A model generated the notes under the pieces. It made no database searches. It was not told the DNA's origin and was given only the letters and a program-made list of their open reading frames with translations. Position numbers and translations under genes: made by a program. 64,000 nt of DNA from Azolla caroliniana (Eukaryota > Plantae > Polypodiophyta): NCBI GenBank assembly GCA_043228905.1, contig JBHGNT010000012.1, positions 7,316,001 to 7,380,000 on the forward strand. Reading direction: 5' to 3'. Position 1 is the stretch's first letter; every line of letters starts with the position of its first letter. Of the stretch, positions 50,317 through 62,200 are shown piece after piece.

Positions 50317-50875
50317 TGTCGCGATATTCCGCGAGCGCGTGTAGGATCTGAGGCGGGACCACAGGGATCTTGGACTAGGGAGTATAAGAGAAAGAGTAAG
50401 ACAAGAAATGGAAGCTTAGCTCAAGAGGGGAAGAGGAAGAATAACACATAAACATAGAATAGAATAGAATCAAGATACACCCACAAGGCAAGAAGATCAA
50501 CAAGCTATATTCAGAGTTCACAAAAGATTACAACCAAGGCCGCATAGGCCGCCCCAAACGGTATAACAAAACCTTAACCCGATAAGCAAGTAGAGAAGAT
50601 GAAGAAGAAGAAAAACCTAAACGAAACCCTAACCCTAAAGCGGTAAGAACTCTAGACTAAGTGGTATACCTCTCATACGCAAAATAGGCAACCCCTTCAT
50701 GAGTGAGCCCTCCCTTCTTTTTATAGCCCAAGGAGGGAGGGACCTTACAATGTGGGATGAAATTTCCCCTCTTATTTCTATACACCATTTCCTAGTATAC
50801 ATGTGCACATGTTGCACACCACCGACTTGCCCATTCCACCCCGGTTTCACACCGTAGCCAGAAATCTTCACGACA
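50317..50875 (-). mobile_element. Solo LTR inserted into the 3' LTR of the inner gypsy
   Basis: TGTCGCGA...TCACGACA termini and TSD ACGG (50313-50316 / 50876-50879). Removing it restores the sequence seen in the 5' LTR (gcatataacggttcacgcggg). Minus-strand TATA at ~50720. Confidence 0.9.
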
Positions 50876-53403
50876 ACGGTTCACGCGGGAAGCGTGAACG
50901 GCGAAAAGACCCTACGTATATAAAGGGCAGAAAACCTCTGATAGAGGTAGCGTGTAATTTTGGAATGTAAAGAAGCGTATCGTAATAGAGTTCTATCTTC
51001 TCTGATATCTGTGTATAGCTACGGCTAATCTACTGTGTCTGTAACACCTGAGAGTGAAGAAGTAAGCAACGGTGAGTGTGTAGCCACTGTTATGGAGCTC
51101 GGTTGTAGCCGTCTCCCTTATACGCTGCTAGGTTACGGGGAACATTCCCCTACGTATTCCACACAAACACTACCGTTCGTTGTCACATAGTCACTTGGAG
51201 GTCTATGTCGAAGGACTGACCGTAGACCGTGTTCCTAATCAGTAACAGAACTGCGGCAGCACAAGCTTTAATGGACCTTTCTAGCAGGAAATTTTCTTCG
51301 CTAGAAGACTATGTCCACCATGCTAGAACCCAAATCCAAAAATCGGGTCTAGAAGGGGACAATTGGTTAATAGCTTGTTTTGTCAATGGCATCCCCAATT
51401 CGGACTATCATTAGATAGTGCACAATAAGGATCCAAAATCCTTTGAAGAGGCCATTGAAATAGTTCTTCGCTATCAACGCACTTTGAAGGACCACAACAA
51501 ACCCAACGAAGCGCCTGGGACTAAGGAGTCGCAATTCGCTGGGAAACGCAAGACACCCAACGAATTCATGGATTGCGATTGTTAGTGACAACATCCTTTT
51601 TGCGTATTCTTCAAAAAAAGGGTCATACCAAAGAGCAATGTGGAAAACTCCAATGAAAAGAGCACGACAACAAAGCTAAAGTTGCAAGTCTATACACATC
51701 ATTTAAGTAATTCTCAATGTTCTTTCCCTCACTATGTATTGGGTCCCAATGATTTACTAAGTGCAAACGGGTATATCAATGGATCTCCCATACAATTTTT
51801 ATTTGATTCGGGAAGCTCACACAACTTTGTCAATGATCGTTTGGTTCAAATATGGGGAATCCAACCCATCGTAAGTGATCACACCTACACGATGCAATTG
51901 GTTGATGGAAGAGTACAATACATCAACGGGGCGATTCATTCATTAGGAATTTCTATTGATACTTATATAGAGGAAGTAGACTTCCATGTAATGAATCTTT
52001 TTACCACCGATGTAATATTGGGTTATCCCTGGTTTTATAATAAAAACTCTTCTTTATTTATTGATTGGGTTCATCATTCAATAACTTTTGTACTGAGCGA
52101 TTGTACTCATTTTATTCAATGTGTCAAAAAACAATCCCTCTCGATTGTTTCCTCGTGTCCATCAATATCCGAGTTTTCTTGTTCTACTCTATTTTATTGT
52201 GTACTTGATCTGGACATTCACGTTTACAATATCGATAATGTCTCAATTCAATTAACATATTTTGAACAACAACTTGATGAAATCTTAAATGATTTTCGTG
52301 ATGTTTTTCTGAGTGAACTATTAGATGGTTTACCTCCTAAACATAATATAGACCATCGTATAGATATTGTACTTGGCGTTGCACCAATAAGTGTACCTCC
52401 TTATCGCTTAAGTCGATCTGAAGAGGATGAGGTAGCTAAGCAACTCAAGGACTATTTACGAATGGGTTATATATGTTATAGCAAATCTCCATGGGGGGCA
52501 CCAATTCTCTTGGTTAAAAAGAAAGAGGGCACATGGCGTATGTGTATTAATTACCGATGATTGAATAAAGTGACGATCAAGAATTCGTATCCATTCCCTC
52601 GGGCTGACGATCTAATTGACCGTCTCTAGGGAGCTCGGTATTTTATGAAACTTGATCTCCGTACTAGCTACCATCAAATTCGTATAAGTGAGGACGATGT
52701 TCCTAAAACGACATTTCGTACGCGCTATGGCCATTATGAGTTTTTGGTTATGCCTTTTGGTTTGACCAATGCTCCGGCTACATTTCAACAAGAAATGAAT
52801 GACATTTTCCGAGAACAACTTGGAAAATTTTTCATTATTTTCTTGGATGATATTTTAGTTTATAGTCGTACATTACAAGAACATGCTAAACATGTCCGCT
52901 TTGTTTTACAAACATTGTGTGACAAACAATTTTATGCGAAGATCTCAAAATGTGAGTTCTTCAAGAAATCAATTACTTATATTGGACATCTCATAATTGA
53001 ACGAGGAGTTGAAATTGATCCTTCTCGCATCGAGAAAATCAAGCTTTGGCCCACTCTTCGGAATATTCGAGAAGTTCGATCATTCCTTGGTTTTGTCGGG
53101 TTTTTGCGAAAATCTCTTTGTAATTACTCCCAATTGACGACGCCATTTACTGATCTTCTAAAAGGTCAAACGCGTAAGTCTACAAAACCTATTGTGTGGA
53201 ATGCTAAACTAGACCTTGCCTTTAAGGAACTCAAGGACTTGGTTTGCAAGGCTCCTTCACTCCTTTTACCCGATCCTTCAAAACCTTTTGACGTTGAAAT
53301 CGATGCAAGTGATTATGCTATTGGTGCTATCTTATATCAAGATGGTAAACCAATAGCATTCGAGAGTAAGAAACTTGATTCTGCTCAATGTCGGTATACC
53401 ATT

Positions 53404-53710
53404 TGTTGAGCGGCAAGCTCAATTGGAGCCGAATCGGCCCGTGAGCAAGACGGATCGGTAAGTCGGTGAGCACCCGATGAGCAAAAGAGCCGGTGAGCTA
53501 GGGAACCGGTTAGCCGGATCCATCAGTAACCAGAAGCATAGTAGCAGCTAGATTGCTAGGGAGTTATTACTCTCGTAGTTAGTGTCAGACTCTCGAGTGA
53601 GCATTGAAGTACATCGTACTTCTGTCAGTCCGTATGGACCTGTATAAAAGTGTTCGTTGAACACATACAATGTACAAAGTGTTCATATAATTTTTTGAAT
53701 AGAGATTCTT

Positions 53711-53748
<38 letters not shown>

Positions 53749-56700
53749 GCGTATTGTTAAGCTCTCCACTAAACCCGTTCTCTGTTTTTCTGTTTTTTAT
53801 TGCTTCCACACACTATTTGTTTTTACATGGTATCAGAGCGCGAGGGTTGAGAACCTCTGCAGCCGACATTCGCTTTCGCAAGAAGAAAACCTAACCTTTG
53901 TAAAGAACAGAAAAAAAAAACAATGGATAGAGGAATGGTTAGGTCGCTTCCGGTGGAGAAGCTCGACAGATCCAACTATGCATCTTGGTCATACAAGATG
54001 CACCAGTACCTGCTTGGGCATGGTTACTGGAGCTATGTAGACGGAGCTAACGACACAGCACCAGATGCGGCACACAAGGACTTCCCGATGTGCGAACAAT
54101 CGGCAAGCAGAGTGATGTACTGCTTTGTGTCCAGTGTCAGAGACCAGCTGCTGAGCCACGTCCGAGATGCCGAGACGCCGAAAGAGGCTTGGGGAAACCT
54201 GAAGAAGGTGTTCGCCGCAAGCACCACAGCCCGGAAGCTGCAACTCCGACACGAGTTGAGCAATGTCTTACAGAAGGGCATGTCAGTGGCTGATTACATG
54301 ACCCGAATCAAAGAGATCTGTGACTCGCTTGCCTCTATCAACGTCACTGTAGAGGAAGATGAGATGGTACAGGTCTGTATTGGGGGCCTAGCGTCTAAGT
54401 TCTGAGCTTTCCGGACAACAGTATGTACGAGGGAGAATACGTCGTCATTTTTCGACTTACAGTCGATGCTCCTTGTAGAGGAGAACCACGCCAGTGCGTC
54501 AACAAGTGCACCCATCGATAGCCGGATATTGTACACGGAGGCGGATCGGCCCCGTGGGCGTGGTGGACGAGGCGGGTCGGCACGCAATGGAGGCGGCCGG
54601 CAAGGGCAAGACCAACAGCACAAAGACCGTGCCGACAGCAGTTTTGGGACTTCCACAAGCAGGGGGAGTCAAGGTGGCGCCGGAGGCTGGCAAGACAAAT
54701 CCGCCATGAAATGCTGGTACTGTGACAAAAAAGGCCACAGAGAAAGCGAGTGCTAGAAGAAGCGTGCCGATTCGGACAGATCTGGATCCGGCAAAACCGG
54801 TCGGGAGAACCAGCAAAGCTCTCACTACCCACAAGGATCAAGAGGATCCGGAACCGGGAAGACCGGTAAGGGGCCAACCTTGATGATGAAGCACGAGGCA
54901 AACTCGATGAAGAAGACCACTTCCAAATCGGAGGAAGTGTGGTACGTTGATTCTGGTGCGTCAAATCACATGATGAGACACAAAGAGTGGCTCTCCTTCT
55001 TGGAGAAACCGGAACAACCGGGAGTTGTCGAAACAGGAGACGACACTCCTCACCCAATCGTGCATGTCGGAGAAGTTCCCCTAAACCACGTCAGACAAAG
55101 GGGGAAGATGTTGAACATATTACACGTTCCGACTATCACGAAGAACCTGGTGTCGGTCGGACAGATTGTCGACCAGGGAATGCAGGTGCGGTTTACGCAC
55201 CTCAGGTGCTTCATCGAGGAGGAGGGCCAGATTATCACGCAAGGGCGCAGAGATGGGAAGATGTTCATCCTCGATACCAATGACGTCAGCACCGCCTTGT
55301 TCGCCAAAGGACAGAAGGTCGAATCGGACATGGACCTGTGGCACAAGCAGATCGGCCACGTCAATTACCGGCGGCTTCAAGACTTGCAAACGAAACAAGT
55401 TGTTTTTGGTTTGCCGAAGTTTAGTGGCCAGAAGGCCCAAGTATGTGAAGCCTGCCAACTTGGGAAACAAGACCGGCTTCCATTCCCCGCCAAAAAAAAC
55501 CGTAGTCGTAACAAGCTCGACCTTATTCATTCGGATGTATGGGGACCGACACAGAACGTGAGTCTTGGCGGGAGTCGATACTTCGTCTCCTTCATCGACG
55601 ACTATAGCTAGCACACATGAATCTACCTCATTGAGCGGAAGAGCGAAGTCTTTGACTGTTTTCGGAACCTCCAGAGCATGGTGGAACGGGAATCAGAGAG
55701 GAAGATCAAGTGCCTGCGGTCAGATGGTGGAAAAGAATATTTTTCCGGCCAATTCAACAGTTATCTGCAACAAACAAGAATTCAGAGAGAGTTCAGCTGC
55801 AGATACACACTAGAGCAAAACGGTGTGGCCGAAAGGAAGAACCGGTCGCTTGTCGACGCGGCAAGGGCAATGCTGGAAGAGAAGAGCATGCCCCATTTCT
55901 ACTAGGCGGAGGCGGTCCGGACGACCGTCTACATCCAAAACCGGATCGGTGACAAGGTGTCCGCGCACGAGCTGTATTTCGGGCGCAAGCCGAATTTGAG
56001 ACACCTTCGGATTTTCGGCAGCATAGCATATGTGCATGTGCTGGATGAGAAACGGAGGAAGCTAGATGCAAAATCGGAGAAGTGCATCCTCGTCGGCTAC
56101 TCACATGAGCAAAAGGGGTATAAGTGTTATAACCCCTGGACGAAGCAAGTCCGAGTTAGCCGCGATGTTGAGTTTAATGAGACGGCATCATGGTATGCCT
56201 TACCAGCTCCGACTTCTGACCCCGACCCAATACCGGAGGATGAGGCTAGTGAGCCTGAACCAGTCCAGTTAGAAGATGATGAATCCGGGACTCAAGAAGA
56301 GAGTCCGGAATCGTTTCGGTTGAGTGGGCTGAACGAGAGACTGGGTCAATCCGACCAGTCAGAAGAAGAACCGGCGAGTAGTGGAGACTCTATTGTGCTC
56401 TCCCCGCGCAAGGAACCGAGGAGACAGTTCACGCACAAAGAGAAGGGGAAGAAGAAGATGTCGGATTATGGAACCGGTATTGATGAGTTGGATCTGAGCG
56501 GATCCGACTCCGGAAAGGAAAATGACGGTTCTTCGGCACCGAAGACCGAACTGGCCAAGAAGGGCCTCAAATCAGGTAACGGTGGGTTACACCGGTCAAC
56601 CCGCCAGAAGGAACCTATTAAGCGGTACAGGTATAATGAGTACATGGCGCATCACTATGCGTACATGACCAAGGTGGCGGAAGTGCGTGAGCCGGAGAGC

Positions 56701-59124
56701 CACGCAGAAGCGGCAAAGGACGCACATTGGCGTGCCGCTATGGAAGAAGAGATGCGGGCACTTGATGCCAACGATACATGGGACCTGGTTTACCCTCCCC
56801 GTCAGATAAAACCGATCGTATGCAAGTGGGTGTACAAGGTAAATTACAACGCCGACGGTTCAATTAACCGGTATAAGGCCCGGTTAGTGGTGAAGGGATA
56901 TGCACAGACCCACGGAATCGACTACGACGAGACCTTCGCTCCGATAGCGAAGATGACGACATTTGTGTGGTGTTGGCGGTTGCAGCGGCAAGGGGGTGGC
57001 ATCTTCACCAGATGGATGTGAAGAATGCATTTCTTCAAGGAGATCTTGAAGAAGAGGTCTTTATGATACAACCCCCCAGTTTCCAGACGGAGATGAACAA
57101 GTCGGCGGTATGCCAGCTGAAGAAGTCACTTTATGGCCTGAAGCTAGCCCCCCGAGCTTGGAATGCGAAGATCACGCACCGGTTGCGTAAGATGGGGGTT
57201 GCGGCCTCCAAGTTCAACTCTTCATTGTTCATCCGGCAAGGTCTGAACGGTCTAGTTTGCATCTTGTTGTACGTTGATGATCTGGTCATCACCGGACCCG
57301 GACTCGATGAAATCAGCCGAGTCAAGTCCCAGTTGTCGGATGCGTTTGAGATGAAGGACCTGGGGGACCTTCATTATTTTCTTGGGATCGAGGTGATCCG
57401 AACCCCCGACGGCATATTGCTCTCACAAAGGCAATATGTGTTGAATATGTTGTACAAGTTCGACATGACGGAATGCCGACCTATCTCTACTCCCCTGGAC
57501 CGGAACCAGAAGCTCCATCCTGACTCCGAACCGGCCTGCGATGAGAAACGGTTCCGACAAATTGTCAGAAGCCTTATATATTTGACCATCACCCGACCCG
57601 ACATCAGCTATCCGGTCGGTGTGATTAGCCAATTCATGCAGAAGCCGACCGTGGAGCATCTTCAGTGCGCGCACCGAATACTACGGTATGTGAGCGGAAC
57701 GAAGGATCGGGGACTGTTATACCAACGCGGTATAACTGAAGAGTTGGTCGGTTACACAGATACCGACTGGGCCGGCGATGCATCAGATCGTCGATCAACC
57801 TCCGGTTATATGTTTTCCCTAGGTAGTGCGGTTGTTGTGTGGAGCACCAAAAAGCAGCCAATAGTTGCTCTGTTGAGCACTGAGGCTGAGTATCAGGGCG
57901 CTACCATTGCCACTTGTGAAAGCCATTTGGCTTCGACGACTGCTACAAGACCTACGGATCGAGGTCCCGACCCCGATTCTAATCTACTATGACAACGTAA
58001 GCAACATGCAGCTCGCCAAGAACCCCATATTCCATGCTCGCACAAAGCACATAGAAGTACACTATCACTTCGTGCGTGAGCGTGTCCTGCGCGGTGAGGT
58101 CAAACTTCGGTATGTTCACACGGATCGGCAAGTTGCCGACATCTTCACCAAACCACTCGGATCGGACAAGTTGCAACACTTCACCGAAATACTTGGTGTT
58201 CAACATCTTGACGTGCCACACTTGAGGGGGAGAACGGGCAAAGACACCTGAACGAGCAAAGGCAAAGAGACTGCCAATTGCGTCGGTGAGGGAAGAACCG
58301 ACGATGGGTAAGTCAAGAAGAAGAAAGGAGCCGAGTCGACAAAGGAAGTCGACACGTCCGAACAAGTCGGAACAAGCGGTAGCGGCGGCAGAGTCAAGAA
58401 GGACAGAGCCGACCGAAAGAAGAAGGCCAAGACCCGAACATGGTCCAATGTGGTGAAGGGCCTGGAACCAGAAGACGAATCGGAGACAATCGATTCGGTT
58501 CAACAAACAGATTCAGAAGAACCAAATCAATTCAAGGCCAAGAGGACGAGAAGGCAGCGAAAGTCGACGCCAACACGAAGGAATCGGCGAACCGGCACAC
58601 ACCAAAGTCACAGCAGCGAGGGAGCTGAATTGGGCCTGTTGAGCAGACAAGTCGGCCGAGGAGGTCAAGGTCCGCAGAACAAGAGGGGTCACGGCAAACA
58701 GAACCGGACCGGACGAGGAGCGCGAGCAAGGCGGAGTGACGCCAGAAGGAGCCGTGCAGAAGGACTCGTTGCCACAAACGTTGACACTACGACCAGACCT
58801 CAAGTTGAGCTTGAGGGGGGAGTGTTGAGCAGCATGCTCAATTGGAGCTGGATCAGCTGGATAAGCCTGAGCCGGTGAGCCGGTGAGCCGGGGAGCCGGT
58901 GAGCCGGTGAGTTGGGGAGCCAGTTAGCTGGATCCATCAGTAACCAGAAGCATAGTAGCAGCTAGACTGCTACGGAGTTATTACTCTCGTAGTTAGTATC
59001 AGACGCTCGAGTGAGCATTGAAGTACACCGTACTTTTGTCAGTCTGTATGGACTTGTATAAAAGTGTTCGTTGAACACATACGATGTACAGAGCATTGGT
59101 ATAAATTTTTGAATAGAGATTCTT

Positions 59125-59161
<37 letters not shown>

Positions 59162-59247
59162 CTCTCCCGCGTACTGTTAAGCTCTCCATTAAACCTGTTC
59201 TCTGTTTTTCTATTTTTCATTGCTTCTGCACGTTATTTGTTTTTACA
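53404..59247 (+). mobile_element. Decayed full-length Ty1/copia nested in the RNase H of the outer gypsy
   Basis: LTRs 53404-53827 and 58823-59247, PBS TGGTATCAGAGC 53828-53839, PPT GAGGGGGGAG 58813-58822, TSD CCATT/CCGTT. Confidence 0.93.
53923..58251 (+). pseudogene. Copia gag-pol with stops and frameshifts
   Basis: [89 protein letters not shown]. Confidence 0.92.
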
Positions 59248-62200
59248 CCGTTCAAGAAAAGGAATTATTTGCAGTTATACATGCGCTCAAAACATGGCGC
59301 CATTATCTTTATGGAAATCACTTTGTGGTAACGACGAACCACGAGTCCTTGAAATATTTTTATGACCAACAAGACCTGAAAGGTCGTAAGGCCCGATGGG
59401 CTGATCTCATCCAGGACTTTGATTTTTCCATACGATATCATAAAGGTTCCATGAACACTGTCGTTGATGCACTAAGTCGCATCCGTGAAGTTAACATGCT
59501 TAGCTTCACTGAAATATCATCAGATCTTTATGATCACCTTCGAGGAAAGTATCCTGATGACAGTTATTTTGCAAAATACTGGGCAAGAGTTGAGTCTGGA
59601 ACAGACACCACCACATCCTCGAAGGAATACTTCCACATTGCTAACAGTCTGCTCTATCGTAATGGAAAGGTTTGTGTTCCAGATTTACCCGAGGTCAAAA
59701 AGAGGATTACTTTTTAATGCTATGATGCACCCTCAGCAGGGCACTTGGAATACATCGCACACTCGTTCTCATCTCCACTCAATTCTATTGGCCTAAGATG
59801 CGTCCTGACATACATAACTATGTGACTAAATGTCACCAATGTCAGGTTAACAAAGCCGAGCGACTTAAAGCCATAGGACTTTTACATCCCTTGGACATTC
59901 CCAATAATAAGTGGGAAAGTATATCCATGGATTTTATTGTTAGCCTTCCTCGCACCTAAAAAGGCCATGATGTCACATGGGTTGTGGTTGATCGACTAAC
60001 TAAAATGGCTAGATTTATTGCTACTAAAACCACGGTAACAACTCCTGAATTGGCTTACCAATTCGTTGATGAGTTATTTCGTTTTTATGGGTTACCGATG
60101 GATATCATGAGTGATCGAGATCCAAAGTTTACTAGTGACTTCTAGACGCAACTCTTTAAGAAGTTAGAAACTACGTTGAGCATGAGCTCCATGGATCATC
60201 CTCAATCTGATGGACAAATAGAACAAGTAAATCAAATTATTGAGGACATGCTTCGAGCATATATTGGTGCAAAACCAACAAAATGGGAACGTTATCTCCC
60301 AAATTTGGAGTTTGTTTATAACAGCTCCAAGCATACGTCGACAGGATATAGTCCTTTTATGTTGATGTATGGTTTACAGCCACGAGCCCCGATTGATCTT
60401 AATATACATCATGATGAGTTGCGAAGTACGCAAAACTTTCTTCGGGATATGCAAGATATGTTGCATATTGCACGAGATAATATAAAAACAGCTCAAGATA
60501 GAGCGCGTTTTTATGTCGATCATCATAGGCAACCTCGTGTATTCAATCCTGGACAGAAAGTATTTTTACGTGTACCTCACAATTCTAAGACATTGTCTAC
60601 GGGTAAGTGCGCTAAGTTAGCCCCACGGTTTTGTGGACCATTTACAGTCCTCAAACGCATTGGGTCATCAGCCTCTATCATCTCGCTCTTCCCGATGGTG
60701 TTGGAATTCATCTAGTCTTTCATGTGAGTCATCTAAAAGAACTTCTAGGTTCTTGTGACAATACAATTACAACTGAAACTCTGGTTACTTCTGAAGATTT
60801 ATCTTCTCAACCACATGTACCAAAAAGAATTCTCAACATTAAAACAAAAAAATTACATACTAAAGAAATCCAAGAATTTAAAATAAAATGGATGGATAAA
60901 TCAATAAAAGATGCCACATGGGAACACGAAAATACTCTCAGAACTAACTTCCCTAACTTTCCATTGCAAGAGTGCAATGTTTTAAAGAGGGGGGTATGTT
61001 ACGGGCATGACCATATAATATCCCGTGGTGAGAATTTAGCGTAACATTCTATATACGTGGATAAGTGTGAGGGTTAAGCGAGAGTGTAAAGAAGGGGAGG
61101 ATTACTTTTAATCCTCGGGATTGAGACAACCCATTAGGCCAAGTGTGAACTTGCCTGGGGGCCTTGGATATTGCTATAAATAAAGAGGCCTAGCTACCCT
61201 CATTGGATCATCTTGTTGACTACGTCGAGACTCTGTCTTGTGGTGGGTCAACTCTTGTAGCGAGCGCGCCAGCACCGGGTACGACCCGACGCCACGACGG
61301 TGGTATGGGACATCGATCAAGGCTCGAGTCCGTCTCGATCCCTTCGCTCGGGGGTGGTCGGGTGGATCGACACCCTTCTTTTTCTCTCTCCTTTCTATCT
61401 ATATTCTATCCTTATCTAATGCTTAGATTAGTTCATGTCTCTAACATTTACCATGCGGAATCCATTGAAACCCTTCTTGTGGACATCACAAGGGGTTTAC
61501 TGTGGTACTTAACCAGAACCCCACCGACTTATTCCAATTAATAACAGTTCCGGAAGCATAGCAAAATCTATCAATAGCCTGTTGTACTCTACAAAGATTA
61601 TCGTGAGAACCTTGCAAATGCAGGGTTGTATCATCAGCAAATTGACAATCCACAATTTGCTCCTCTAACCAAGGCCATTGCAATCCTTTTATATTCACGA
61701 CATTACTTATAAGAAAACTACGAAAAGTTTCTCCAATCATCAAATATAATAAAAAAGCAAACATGCATCCCTGTCTCACTGACCTCAAAATTGAAAATGC
61801 TTGGCCTAGCTCTCAAACTACTAATACCCTACTAGTAGATGAGTTGTAAAGAGCGGACACAACTTAACCATTGATTAGGAAAACCTAGCTTTTCCATGGT
61901 GCCCCTCAAAAAAGTCCAACCCTATCATAAGCCTTTTCAAAATCCAACAACAAGATAGCTAATTCCTCTTTCCTTTCTTGTGAAATTGCAACCACTTCCC
62001 AAAATAAGAAAATGTTATCCAGTATACTCCTACTTGTAAGAAACTTGTTTGGGTGTTATGAATGATGTCTATTAAAAAAGGTTGCAATCTCATAGCCAAC
62101 AACTTAGCAAATATTTTGTAAATAGTATTAAATATAGTAATAGGTCGCCACTTCCTAATATCAGCCACTACCCCTTCCAACTTGGGAATAAGATATATCA

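Larger units (their letters stand above)
34201..51247 (+). mobile_element. Second Ty3/gypsy element (no chromodomain seen, non-Met PBS), nested in the gag of the outer gypsy
   Basis: 5' LTR 34201-34648 (TGTTG...AACA). 3' LTR 50239-51247, interrupted by 50317-50875. TSD GAACT (34196-34200 / 51248-51252). PBS-like TGGCATGTTTGGTGA at ~34653. Confidence 0.92.
51253..60990 (+). pseudogene. Outer gypsy gag C-terminus, PR, RT, RH, INT and chromodomain (interrupted at 53404-59247)
   Basis: LFDSGSSHNF, SPWGAPILLVKKK, VMPFGLTNAPATFQ, FLDDILVYS, DASDYAIGA, CRYT|VQEKELFAVIHAL, CHQCQ, SDRDPKFTS, HPQSDGQ, KLAPRFCGPF, and chromodomain KIKWMDKSIKDATWE. Confidence 0.92.
31643..61446 (+). mobile_element. Ty3/gypsy chromovirus (outer element), carrying nested insertions
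   Basis: LTRs 31643-32091 and 60997-61446 (roughly 25 substitutions by eye). PBS TGGTATCAGAGC 32094-32105, PPT AAAGAGGGGGG 60984-60994, TSD TTTAT/TTTAC. Confidence 0.93.

Noticed and set aside
43280-58803. Many short overlapping and antisense ORFs within GC-rich retroelements
   Set aside because: Expected shadow ORFs of GC-rich gag-pol sequence, with no independent motifs.
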